DNA of 63,921 bases, the filler included, from Globobulimina sp. (taxonomy: Eukaryota): assembly GCA_003354225.1 (NCBI GenBank). It is 37 parts of 37 records of this genome, joined end to end, with 100 filler letters (N's around TTAATTAATTAA, not from the genome) between each part and the next. Parts side by side here need not be neighbours in the genome. Positions count along the whole stretch, not along the records: positions 1 to 1,632 come from PIVH01013854.1; positions 1,733 to 3,364 come from PIVH01013855.1; positions 3,465 to 5,096 come from PIVH01013856.1; positions 5,197 to 6,827 come from PIVH01013857.1; positions 6,928 to 8,558 come from PIVH01013858.1; positions 8,659 to 10,289 come from PIVH01013859.1; 31 more parts are not named here. One strand, 5' to 3'. Of the stretch, positions 1-10,389 are shown one piece after another. A program made the translations under genes and the position numbers. The first letter of the stretch is position 1. Each line of letters starts with the position of its first letter. The notes under the pieces were generated by a model. That model saw only the letters and a program-made list of their open reading frames with translations. It did no database searches and was not told where the DNA came from.

Positions 1-17
1 ATGCAAATAATAATAAC

Positions 18-683
18 ATGAACAACGTTTTTGAACGTAGAGGTTTGCATCATTTTGAGGAGAATAAGTTGACAAATCAAGTACAAATTTGTAGATCCGA
101 AAGATTCGTTGATTTTCATGATGGATTTAAACAATTGTTATGTTCAGGAAAACTAAAATATTTTATTTCTGAATTTTTTGGGGAAGAATGCGTATTATAT
201 AAAGAAAAAATTAATTATAAATATCCAAATTGTGGAACATTTAAAGCACATCAAGATGCGCCGGCATATCCAGATATAAATGAATCAATTTCATGTGCAA
301 TATCCATTGATGACACATGTGAGATATCTGGTTGTTTGCAAATTGCTAAAGGGAGACATAAAGAAGGAGTTATTGGGAAGAATAATGAAGGAATAATATG
401 TGATAATATTAGTGAAAATATTGAAAATCGTCAACCAATAATGTACGAGTCTCTATCAACAAAACCAGGCGACATTATTCTATTTGATGGATATGCGCCA
501 CATAAATCCGGTGAAAATAAAGGTAACAAAGCACGACGAGTTCTGTATGCAACATATAATCCGTTGTCTGAAGGTGATAAAAGAGATTGCTATTATAAAC
601 GTAAAAAAAAGGATATGTTGGATGGAAAAATAAGTTTAATTTTTGATTTTGATGGAAAAATTGTGTCTACAGTTGGAAAGTGA
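18..683 (+). CDS. PhyH-family Fe(II)/2-oxoglutarate dioxygenase (PhnY/TmpA-like), possibly 5' partial
   Basis: Motifs KEKINYK, AHQDAPAY (HxD), GDIILFDGYAPHKSGEN (distal His) and RRVLYATYN. Confidence 0.85.
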   Translation: MNNVFERRGLHHFEENKLTNQVQICRSERFVDFHDGFKQLLCSGKLKYFISEFFGEECVLYKEKINYKYPNCGTFKAHQDAPAYPDINESISCAISIDDTCEISGCLQIAKGRHKEGVIGKNNEGIICDNISENIENRQPIMYESLSTKPGDIILFDGYAPHKSGENKGNKARRVLYATYNPLSEGDKRDCYYKRKKKDMLDGKISLIFDFDGKIVSTVGK

Positions 684-894
684 TATGGATCGATACATAA
701 AACAAGTTGTATATGACATAAAACTATCCTATATCTGTTTTTGTACCATTAATTTGCAAATATAATATGGACAAATAGAAACAATATACCGTCGTATGAC
801 AACGATATACTGTCAGATAGAAACAATAATAAGATATTTGCTTGACATTTGTGACAAGTTTATACCAACCAAAAATCCGGTAATGGAGTTGCAT

Positions 895-982
895 CAAAGT
901 TTAGATTTTTTGGATCTGGAACCAAAAATTTTGTACTCATCAATGAGTACATCCCCACCAGATCCAAAAAATCTAAACTTTG
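895..982. mobile_element. 88-bp MITE with perfect 25-bp TIRs and 8-bp TSD
   Basis: TIR caaagtttagattttttggatctgg (895-919) and its exact reverse complement (958-982). Direct repeat agttgcat at 887-894 and 983-990. Confidence 0.8.
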
Positions 983-1339
983 AGTTGCATATGCATACAT
1001 TGGGAATTTTGCTAATCGATCCGGTGCAAACAAGGGGTGATTCAGGGATCTCATGATGTATGTATTCGACATACAAAATACTACATAAACACAATACATA
1101 TACAAGTTATTATCCGGTTACAATTTAATTATGCATACAACGTTCTGGAAAAGTCAATATTTATTTCCCAGATTTATCAATATTTACTAGTTATTTGAAC
1201 AGTATCAGAAAACATCGAGTTGCGTGCAAGGATACCAGGGCATACGTAGAGACAGTCACATTTTTAATAGTTTAATTGTTTAGGATTTACATTACTTATT
1301 ATATCATCTGCAAGTATAATATACAGTTATTATTTACAT

Positions 1340-1632
1340 CTATTCAGTGGCAGATTGCATTGTCAATTTAGCTTTTTCCATTTCTCTTAGAAATTCATAG
1401 AATTGGTTTAATGATAACTCTGTGTTACATCAATTATTTCAACAGTCAATACATATGCATATATTATATATTTAGAACATACCCATAACAACATCCTCCG
1501 TTTTCCCATTCCCTTTATCAATGACTAACTTTAACTGCAAAAAAGTGGTTCCTAATTTTTTACAATGATCAGATGACGCAGAAACACCAAATTTCCATTC
1601 CATATCAATCACTTCATTTATTTTCAATGATG
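1340..1632 (-). CDS. COMMD7: COMM-domain protein 7, 3' part; two exons (1483-1632, 1340-1419), 63-bp intron
   Basis: Spliced translation SLKINEVIDMEWKFGVSASSDHCKKLGTTFLQLKLVIDKGNGKTEDVVM/ELSLNQFYEFLREMEKAK matches the COMM domain. GT-AG intron at 1420-1482. Not in the ORF track. Confidence 0.85.
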
Positions 1633-1732
1633 NNNNNNNNNNNNNNNNNNNNNNNNNNNNNNNNNNNNNNNNNNNNTTAATTAATTAANNNNNNNNNNNN
1701 NNNNNNNNNNNNNNNNNNNNNNNNNNNNNNNN
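1633..1732. other. Artificial contig linker (N44-TTAATTAATTAA-N44), first of 36 copies spaced ~1730 bp apart
   Basis: An identical N-flanked 12-mer with stop codons in all six frames recurs (e.g. 3365-3464, 5097-5196 ... 62193-62292). Intervening pieces shrink monotonically from 1632 to 1629 bp. Confidence 0.99.
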
Positions 1733-1734
1733 GG

Positions 1735-2832
1735 AAGTTAAAGGATCATAATAAACGAAATAAATGTTCTTTACGGATCATTGCATTGACGGATGGCGAA
1801 GATAACCAATCCTCCATTAATGATATTAATTTGACACAGCTATTATTGAAAGCAGACATCACTTGCGACTCCATCATGATCGGTAATCATAATATGAGCT
1901 TACATGCGATATGCAGTGCAACCGGCGGCTATGTGTTTTATCCAAAAACATTTCGTGACGGACTGAGGATATTTGAATTGGAAACGTTTTTATCCATCAC
2001 TGAACGCGGCGATTTAAGTGATAGGAAATCAAATAATTATATTTATTCACAATCGCAATTGAATAAATATGGACAGACCGAGGTGGATGTCTGTGATGAG
2101 AATAATGTACCAAAGGGAAAAATTATTGAAACATTACAAAAGGAGCACAATAATATGTTTGTGTCTTTGCCCAAAAAGGTAGAAAAAATCGAGAAATCTG
2201 CGGCAAACGTAAAGAAGAAATATAATAAGAAATTGAGAACGAGGAAAGTGATTCGTGAGATGAGTGACATTATGAAGGATCCGCATCCCTTTTGGGATAT
2301 TTATATTGAAGATGATAATATTTTTTTTTGGAAGTTAATCCTTTGTGGACCATCGGATACGCCGTATGATGGTGGTATATTTTTGTTGTATATGGAGTTT
2401 GCAGAGAGTTATCCGGATAAAGCACCAACGATGAGATTTATTACACCGATCAAACACGTGAATGTGAATAGTTATGGCAGGATATGCCATAGTATTTTTG
2501 ATAGGAATTATAATCCGGATGTTAAGTTACGAGATATTTTAAACAATGTATATGGTTTATTGTTGGATCCGGATTGGGATGACCCATTGGACAGTGTCTT
2601 AAGACAAGAATATGCCGACGACAAAGATTTGTTTAGATTATCGGTGGCCAATCATGTTCAGAAACATGCAATGATGAAAGGAAGGGATGAATGGAGAAAA
2701 GAATTGGGTGGCAACGAGGATGGTGATGGCAATGATGAAGATGGTTCGACGGACGATGAAAATGAGAATAATAATGGTGGTGCGTGGATACCACATAATA
2801 AAGATAATCAAATGGATGATAAAATCGTTTAA
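1735..2832 (+). CDS. vWA domain-ubiquitin-conjugating (E2) fusion protein, 5' partial
   Basis: Open from the contig edge. IIALTDGEDN vWA motif, then UBC core GPSDTPYDGGIFLL..YPDKAP.MRFITPIKHVN..GRICHSIF with the catalytic Cys, then an acidic tail. Confidence 0.85.
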   Translation, partial: KLKDHNKRNKCSLRIIALTDGEDNQSSINDINLTQLLLKADITCDSIMIGNHNMSLHAICSATGGYVFYPKTFRDGLRIFELETFLSITERGDLSDRKSNNYIYSQSQLNKYGQTEVDVCDENNVPKGKIIETLQKEHNNMFVSLPKKVEKIEKSAANVKKKYNKKLRTRKVIREMSDIMKDPHPFWDIYIEDDNIFFWKLILCGPSDTPYDGGIFLLYMEFAESYPDKAPTMRFITPIKHVNVNSYGRICHSIFDRNYNPDVKLRDILNNVYGLLLDPDWDDPLDSVLRQEYADDKDLFRLSVANHVQKHAMMKGRDEWRKELGGNEDGDGNDEDGSTDDENENNNGGAWIPHNKDNQMDDKIV

Positions 2833-3071
2833 AAAAAGTTTTTGTTTTGTTGTTTGTATTATTTTCTAATTATACATTACTTTTTTTCTTTTCAAAATTT
2901 GATTTTTGAAAAAGAAAAGTTTAAATACAAAAGATTCCACGAAAGACCAAATGAAAGAACAGTTTACAGTCATAAAGGCAAAAGAACCAAGATAGTAAAA
3001 TAATTTTGAAAGTCCATATCGATATCCTTGCACAATTCAAAGTTCATCCTTGCACAATTATTATTTTTGAT

Positions 3072-3364
3072 TCATTCATCATCTGTATCAGTTTCAAATG
3101 GTTCAAATGTACTCAATTTATGACCGTACTTTGAATACTGTGTCCTTAATGTGATGCAATTATACAGACATAATGCAAAATTTATGATAAATATCATAGT
3201 GAATATTCCCAAACCAAAACTGACGAACGATATTGTTTCTGCTGAGACATAGATCCCATCATAGACCTGCATCCTGAACTTGAAATTCGCTCTTCCAAGG
3301 CACCATACCAGGACTGTGTATGGATACAAGACTTGTTATGTGAGCGATTGGTGCAACCACTTTG
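3072..3364 (-). CDS. C-terminal fragment of a membrane protein
   Basis: Hydrophobic helix and acidic C-terminus at the contig edge. Confidence 0.4.
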
Positions 3365-3736
3365 NNNNNNNNNNNNNNNNNNNNNNNNNNNNNNNNNNNN
3401 NNNNNNNNTTAATTAATTAANNNNNNNNNNNNNNNNNNNNNNNNNNNNNNNNNNNNNNNNNNNNGATTTCGTATCAAAAAGATTAAATATCATGGACACA
3501 ATAATGGAAAAACACGACATTTATGGCGGATCAATATCCTTAAATTGCATCGAATCTGTTGTCCATTGAATTTGTTCCTCGATTTGCTAATTCTCACATT
3601 GTGAATATAATTGCAGATTGTTAAAGTAACAAATGAAATTAAAATGTTCAGCTGCAGTGACAATTATGATTATAAGATAATTAGCGATTAACTGTCTATA
3701 TATATCAATTATATCCATTATTAATAATCATTTAAA

Positions 3737-4411
3737 ATGGGTTGCTGTTGCTCAAAAGACCAAATAACTGAAGTTGCTGTAAAAGAGTTTCAAGGCCTGC
3801 AGTCTGTAGAAAATGAAGTGTTGACAACAGAGAAAATAAGGCAACGAATGGAAGGTAAATTTATCAAAGAATTTATTGATGATTTCATAAAGTTGGTGGA
3901 TCTAAACCAGGATAATGTAATCTCATTGACAGAATTCAATGACTGTTTTGGATACTGGCAGTTATTGGGGGTTTATAGTGATTTGGTAAAACAAAACGAT
4001 AATTGCGAGATCACTGTGGAAATGTTTAAGAAAGCACTCAAAGGACATGATAATAAATTGAATGATGAATTGGTTGAAATATGTGTACGAAAGTTGGATG
4101 AAAATGAGAACTCAATAATATCGTTGGATGAAATAAGAAATTCTTATCAATTTGCAAAAGAATGGCAAATGTTTAATGCGATTGATACTGATAAAAATGG
4201 CAAAGTTGAGCTCAACGAAGCAATTAACTATTTTGGAAAACACGGTTATTCTTCGATGGTCGTAGCTTTTGAATTTCATACTGCAGACATTGATAATTCC
4301 AAAGCATTAGATTTTGATGAATTTCATGAGCGATTTATGGTAAAATTATTTAAAAAGATGGAAAAGTATAATCGTATCGCCCAAATCTGTAGGTTTTCAG
4401 TTGACAAATGA
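3737..4411 (+). CDS. Multi-EF-hand Ca2+-binding protein with N-terminal MGCCCS acylation motif
   Basis: EF loops DLNQDNVISLTE, DENENSIISLDE, DTDKNGKVELNE and DIDNSKALDFDE; Gly2 followed by a Cys cluster. Confidence 0.9.
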   Translation: MGCCCSKDQITEVAVKEFQGLQSVENEVLTTEKIRQRMEGKFIKEFIDDFIKLVDLNQDNVISLTEFNDCFGYWQLLGVYSDLVKQNDNCEITVEMFKKALKGHDNKLNDELVEICVRKLDENENSIISLDEIRNSYQFAKEWQMFNAIDTDKNGKVELNEAINYFGKHGYSSMVVAFEFHTADIDNSKALDFDEFHERFMVKLFKKMEKYNRIAQICRFSVDK

Positions 4412-4695
4412 TATATATTCGATGATTACTTTTAGCTTGATTGACAACAATGTTTAGGTTTATTGTCCAGTTTCGTCCCTTTGTGATATTATGCAATGTT
4501 TCTAAACATTTGTGACCGCATAACCAAATGTGACCGTTTCAAAAATAGTATACTCTGCTACAGTATCACTTTTTAAATCTATTGTCAAACATAGCAAAAA
4601 CTAGAACAAAATTGATGATTCTATGACGTACCAAAGCAGATCACATGGGGGGATATCTTTGGCTTTCACTCAAACATTGTTGTACCAAAGGTTTT

Positions 4696-5096
4696 TTATT
4701 TCAAATCATTACAAAACATTTTTTCTCCATCACCACAGTTTCTAGCATGCATTTTTATCCTAGCTCCAAATATTATTATTGAAAATCTTGGCTTAACCAA
4801 ATGTTTTCTAACCCTTACTCTCAACACGCCATGTTTGGATTTATTATTTACTTTCGAAGTGAAAGCAAATACATCTCCACTTTTTTGTGGTATATCAAAT
4901 TGTTGCGATGATTTGTTATGTTGAAATGTTAAATTCCTTTCATATCCAAATGAAATTCCAATTGTAATGTTAGAATGGCCATGATTTAATCCATCGCTAT
5001 GAAACGCAATCTGTGTATTTCCATCTTTATAATAATTTAATAACAAAACATAATGTTTTACATCAAAATAACTGCGCAAATCGTCCACAATCAATT
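4696..5096 (-). CDS. AlkB-like 2OG-Fe(II) oxygenase domain, 5' partial
   Basis: LLNYYKDG..IAFHSD, ISFGYERNLTF, KHGV and RFSIIIF motifs. Confidence 0.75.
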
Positions 5097-5196
5097 NNNN
5101 NNNNNNNNNNNNNNNNNNNNNNNNNNNNNNNNNNNNNNNNTTAATTAATTAANNNNNNNNNNNNNNNNNNNNNNNNNNNNNNNNNNNNNNNNNNNN

Positions 5197-6110
5197 TGGC
5201 AAATTTTCGGCGATTTTTAACTCAACTTTGCTTATTCCGATTTGGCTAAAACTTTGTACGTCAGTTCTGAAACCCTATAATGCACACCTTGGTTTCCGGT
5301 CCACATATGGTGATAATGTTATAGCTAACAGTGACTGAACCTCGCGCGAACACTGACAGTATAAGCTCCAAGTGCACACAGCCTTAAATCTATCATTACA
5401 TCCGGATCATTCCAATTCACTCTAATTTTCGAAGATTTACTAGTCATATTTGAAAGATTAACATATAAACGTATTTTTCAACAATGAAAAACGACTAACT
5501 GTCTGCTCGTACAAACGTGCATTATGCAAATAAGCGTTTCCGGTCCCGATTTCGTTATGAATAGTTCTCTCACTCTATGTTTTCTACACTGATTTAGAAA
5601 TTTTCGGGCTGACCAAAAATTTCGGCGATTTTTCACTCGGACTTCCATGGACCGATTTCGCTGAATTTTGGTACTGTCATACCTGTGGTACGAATGTATA
5701 ACAGTGCCAAATTTCAGCCAAATCGGCCGACACAACACCGAGTGAAAAATCGCTGAACTTTTTTGTCTGCATTCACGCACCGACAAAAAAGTTCAGCGAT
5801 TTTTCACTCGGGCTTGCGTCAGCCAATTTCGCTGAAATTTCGCACTGTTATACCTGTGGCAGAAGCGACATGCGGAATTTCAGCCGAATCGACCGACGCA
5901 CACCATAGTTAAAATGCGTTAAATATTTGCTGACCAGAAATTTCGCTGATCTGAAAATTTTTGGCGATTGCTTACTCCAGCTAGCGTTGGTCGATTCGGC
6001 TGAAATTTCGTTTGTTTGTACCTTTCTACTACAGGTGCAACAGCACGAAATCTCAGTCAAATCGGTTCACGTAACTTTGAGTAAAAATAGTTAAATATTT
6101 GTGAACAAAG
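5197..6110. repeat. Array of degenerate ~160-bp palindromic units (foldback/MITE-like, metazoan-like DNA)
   Basis: ggcgatttttcactc..ccgatttcgctgaaattt recurs on both strands. Perfect 30-bp inverted repeat at 5738-5767/5782-5811. Confidence 0.75.
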
Positions 6111-6187
6111 TGACGAAAATTTAAACCTTAAAAAAGACGTCTTTAACGAATTTCTTCTGAAAAATAAACTATCGCATGTTGTTCTCC

Positions 6188-6827
6188 GTGTCAAAATTAT
6201 GCATAAATCATGTTTTTTACGAAATGTTAAGGGTAAAAGTTATAGACTTTTGTATGACAGATGCCAAACGGTATACATCCTAATGTAAGTTCATGTGGTT
6301 TGAGTGAGAAATCTGATCGGCAACACCGAAACGTCTCTTCTTGCCCATAATTGTATATAAAAAGATGAAATAGTATGTTATCGGACACGAGGATTCCATT
6401 TATGCCATTCATATATTCACCAAATGCATAGCTAATTAGTAATTAGCTATTTTTGATCAAATAAGCCTACGCTTAAGCGTCGTTTTCGGAGAGCGTGATG
6501 CGTCAGATTGTTAATATACTGTTTAAAGCAAAAACAATGCACATAAAATCATTTTTATTCATTGTATTGTCGAAAGTATATAAAATAAACATTTTAGACC
6601 AATTTCAAACAAAATCGCAACTTTATTCATCCATTTAAGGGCAAAAAGCGTTAACTGTCTGTGCGTCTATTTCATATTAAGTTGTTGACCTCTGAAAAAC
6701 GTACTTGCCGATTTTTTTAGAACAAATGAACCATCCCACGGTGTTCAACGTGTCCAAATTATGCATAAATCATGATTTTTACGAATTCGTAAGGGTAAAA
6801 AGTATACACTTTTGTATCACAGAGACC
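6188..6827 (+). repeat. Diverged ~78-bp direct repeat pair (6188-6266, 6750-6827)
   Basis: gtgtc.aaattatgcataaatcatg..ttttacgaa...taagggtaaaa..tata.acttttgtat occurs twice; the second copy is cut by the contig end. Confidence 0.75.
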
Positions 6828-6927
6828 NNNNNNNNNNNNNNNNNNNNNNNNNNNNNNNNNNNNNNNNNNNNTTAATTAATTAANNNNNNNNNNNNNNNNN
6901 NNNNNNNNNNNNNNNNNNNNNNNNNNN

Positions 6928-8558
6928 AGATATGAAACACCAAACGGCGTAAAATTAGTTGATATATTTGAAGCAGAGCCAGGTGAAAATGTAATCACTT
7001 TCGCAGACCCTTTGCCATTCTTAGAATGGCCCCCATCGTCAATGAGAATTATGAACAAATTAGAAAATGGAAGAATGAGATGCCAAAATGAGGAAAATTT
7101 TACAAAAGGTATTTATTATGCAACGGGCTACTTTGTCCCGACCATATTTGACTCGATTGAATGGAAAAAAGTCGGTATGGACTACGTCCATTCAAAGCAT
7201 TATAATAAAACAGTTACTTTGAATGAAATATCAAATCAAGATCCATGGAGAGAAGCAACGATTTTGTGTTTCAGAAACGAAACATTTGAAGAGCCATCAA
7301 ACCAATTAGCTGCGGAATTATTTTTTAGTAAAATGTTCTATGAAATATTACCAGCATTAATCCCGCATAAACTGACAACGGTGAAACTCAATGAATTAGA
7401 AATCAAAATGGAAGAAACTGAATATTGCCTCGCTGACAATGATATATTGAATGAAAGACGAAGGCGAAGGCGAGGTAATAGAAACAGTAACAATCCGGGA
7501 ATACGAAGTAGTTTTAGCACAAATTTTGTCGATGCTTCGAAATTGGCGAATAATAATGATGCATTTAAATATAATATCTATGTTAAATTCAAAATACTCA
7601 GCAAACAGTTTGAATATGATATGGCAAATTGGAATTTTGACGCAAATCACATTTTATTCAAAGACAAGCCATTATATATCGACGTGATACATGCAACAGA
7701 ACAAAGACCATCATTCTCATTTGTATTAAAGGGAAAGAAGAAAAATCACATCCCACGACAACTGAAAAAAGAGGTAATTGAACAGCTCAAAGAAAGACAT
7801 AAATCACTTATTAAGGCATTTTACGCCAAGGAACTACACGAAAATGACAATGAAATTTGCAAGGCGAACATCAGCAAATATGTAAACATTAAATTATATG
7901 AAGCCGCCGTGTATGATTATAAAAAGAGAAAACAAGAAGAAAAAATGCAAAATAAATTAGGAGAAGGTACAAATATTAGAGAAGCACTCGGAAAAGCATT
8001 TAGATGCAATAACAAACGACAAAGAAAGGAAAATGACACTGACGAACCGGGCTCAAATAATCATAACGTTCCATTGGACACTGAAATGGATCTGGAAGAG
8101 GAAAAAACTGTGTTTGATATGAATAATAGAAATAAAATATCAATATTTAACTTATATAATGACATTAAATGGGAAGCGGTTGAGGATATTTATGAAAATA
8201 AACAATGCATATTAGCAATTAAGGCAATTCAGGAGTTCAACCAAAAGAATCGCTTGCCTGAAAAGGTGAGAATTAAGAAATGGTCAGATATGATTCTATA
8301 TTTCATGGAGAATAACCCTGAAATTATCATGCCTGACTTTGAATGGTTCAATGCAGATATATTAAAAACAGAAGAAGTACGATTATTTGGCACTGATTTT
8401 AAAATTACGATTGCATCGTTATATGAGAAAATGGATAATATCGAGACAAATGACAACGATGTATTATGGAAATGTACAGTGGTTGGGTTTCACCGTACAT
8501 TCATTCATTGTTTTGATAACATTACAATTGGAACAGAGAAATTATCAATCTTTGAATA
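6928..8558 (+). CDS. Hypothetical protein; ORF spans the whole contig (partial at both ends)
   Basis: More than 540 stop-free codons in AT-rich DNA with an RRRRRRG basic patch; no family recognised. Confidence 0.7.
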
Positions 8559-8919
8559 NNNNNNNNNNNNNNNNNNNNNNNNNNNNNNNNNNNNNNNNNN
8601 NNTTAATTAATTAANNNNNNNNNNNNNNNNNNNNNNNNNNNNNNNNNNNNNNNNNNNNAATAATACAATAACATTTAGTTTGAATGATTTTGTGAGTTTT
8701 ATTTTTAAAAATATTATATATTTATCTTGTAATCAGTTATTTATTATATTATCAAATGACAACTGTCATGACAATAGCAATTGTCATAGCAATTGTCATA
8801 GCAATAGTCATTTGATGTTACTGGCGTTATGTACTCTGAGTTTATCGGAGTTTAATTTGTCAGAATGATAAAACAAAACGGGATTTGATAAATAGCATTG
8901 AACAAACATATTTATCGTT

Positions 8920-9720
8920 TTATTTTTTATTCAATGCAGAACTCAGTTCATCAATTTCTTTTTTCCATTTTTCGATATCATGACCAGTATTTTTGATGTT
9001 TTCCTCGATTTTTGCCAACCTCGATCTGCTCCACAATGACTAAATCTTGTCTTAATTTCCCATGTTTCTCCTTCAATAACTCGTAAGGTCCCTTTAACGC
9101 ATTACAAGTAAACCTCTGCTTTGGTAATGCATCCACAATCAATGAAATCTGTTTCTTAAATATTTTTTTCCCAATCGGAATCACGGGTATGTCACGATTT
9201 AATGACTGCAAATATTTAAATTTATCCTTCAATAATTGCTGTATATCAAAGACATGATTCTCTTCTGCGAACTCCTCCAAATCGTCGTCATCATCCACAC
9301 GCGTCACTATAATGGTCAAATGTTTCCAAAACTCAGTATCAAATAATGTTTCATATTCTGTAAGCATCTGTTGTATCGATCCGTCAATTCTGTCACTGTT
9401 TGAAAGAACCACAACTAATGAATTAATACCGCCACACCCCTTCAAATATCTCACCACCAAATTCTTATGGTCACTATAAAAATACATAACTATAAATCCA
9501 TAGCATATGAAAATACATCGCCACATAATCTATTGCCCAGTGTGCTCTTACCGTGTCCAGTTTTCCCAATCATCACTGCTATAATTTGCGATTTATTCCG
9601 CGTATATCCATGTTCTGAAACTTCTTTCCTGAATAACTCTTTCTGTTTCTTCATATTCTGTAGAGTTTTGCCAATAGTACTCACTAATTTCTCTCGTTTT
9701 TGTTGCTGTGCTGTTTTACA
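8920..9720 (-). pseudogene. Disrupted AIG1/septin-like GTPase
   Basis: G1 motif IGKTGHGKSTLGN. GGINSLVVVL..RID..FWKHLTIIVTRVD lies in another frame. No DTPG (G3) segment. The coiled-coil tail continues in a shifted frame near 9020. Confidence 0.6.
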
Positions 9721-10098
9721 AATATACCGGTATTTCTATACTTTTAATGAATATAACTAGAGAGAGAAAATATCTAATGTATGGACAACGTTGGGATTGC
9801 CAGTGTTATGGAATACATTGGAGTCTCTTGAACATAATTTTTACCACTACGGTATTTACACACGTACCTTATTATTGAGATTCTCTTCCTGTTAAACAAA
9901 TCTTTAGTACAGCTGTTTAACCATAATTTCATAATCGTATCTTTAGCATTGAATCGCATATTTAGAAGTATTGTCTATATTTAGTAGTCTAAAATTAGAA
10001 TTCATCCAGACTTATCATCGTCGTACCATCCTAAAGCCATTACACACTCTCTTCTCTTTCATCATTTCAAGACTACACCAATACAGTAATCCAACAAC

Positions 10099-10289
10099 AT
10101 GAAACTAGCAACATCACATCCAACAATTTCACCAACATCACAACCACTATTTTATCACAGTGAGAAGAACTGTTTGTATGCAACAGGATCCGGTGATCCT
10201 CATATTATTACATTTGATAACACAGCATATGATCAACAGACTGATGGATGTTTTCAATACATTACAAACTGTACAGGTACACAGTTTTT
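10099..10289 (+). CDS. Fragment with PT-rich linker and start of a von Willebrand D (VWD) domain
   Basis: PTISPTSQP followed by C.ATGSGDPHIITFD..YD.Q..GCFQY. Confidence 0.6.
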
Positions 10290-10389
10290 NNNNNNNNNNN
10301 NNNNNNNNNNNNNNNNNNNNNNNNNNNNNNNNNTTAATTAATTAANNNNNNNNNNNNNNNNNNNNNNNNNNNNNNNNNNNNNNNNNNNN

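Noticed and set aside
796-1105. Overlapping short ORFs sharing QSLDFLDL/PDPKNLNF on both strands
   Set aside because: A by-product of translating the MITE inverted repeats.
1-1632. Giant-virus origin for the AT-rich PhyH gene plus hairpin
   Set aside because: The same contig carries spliced COMMD7, and the hairpin has a TSD, fitting a MITE.
8751-8816. 12-bp tandem (atagcaattgtc) inside a 10-bp inverted repeat
   Set aside because: Too short and no TSD seen; could be slippage. Similar mosaic micro-duplications at ~14120-14215, ~44570-44685 and ~60745-60810 were also left uncalled.
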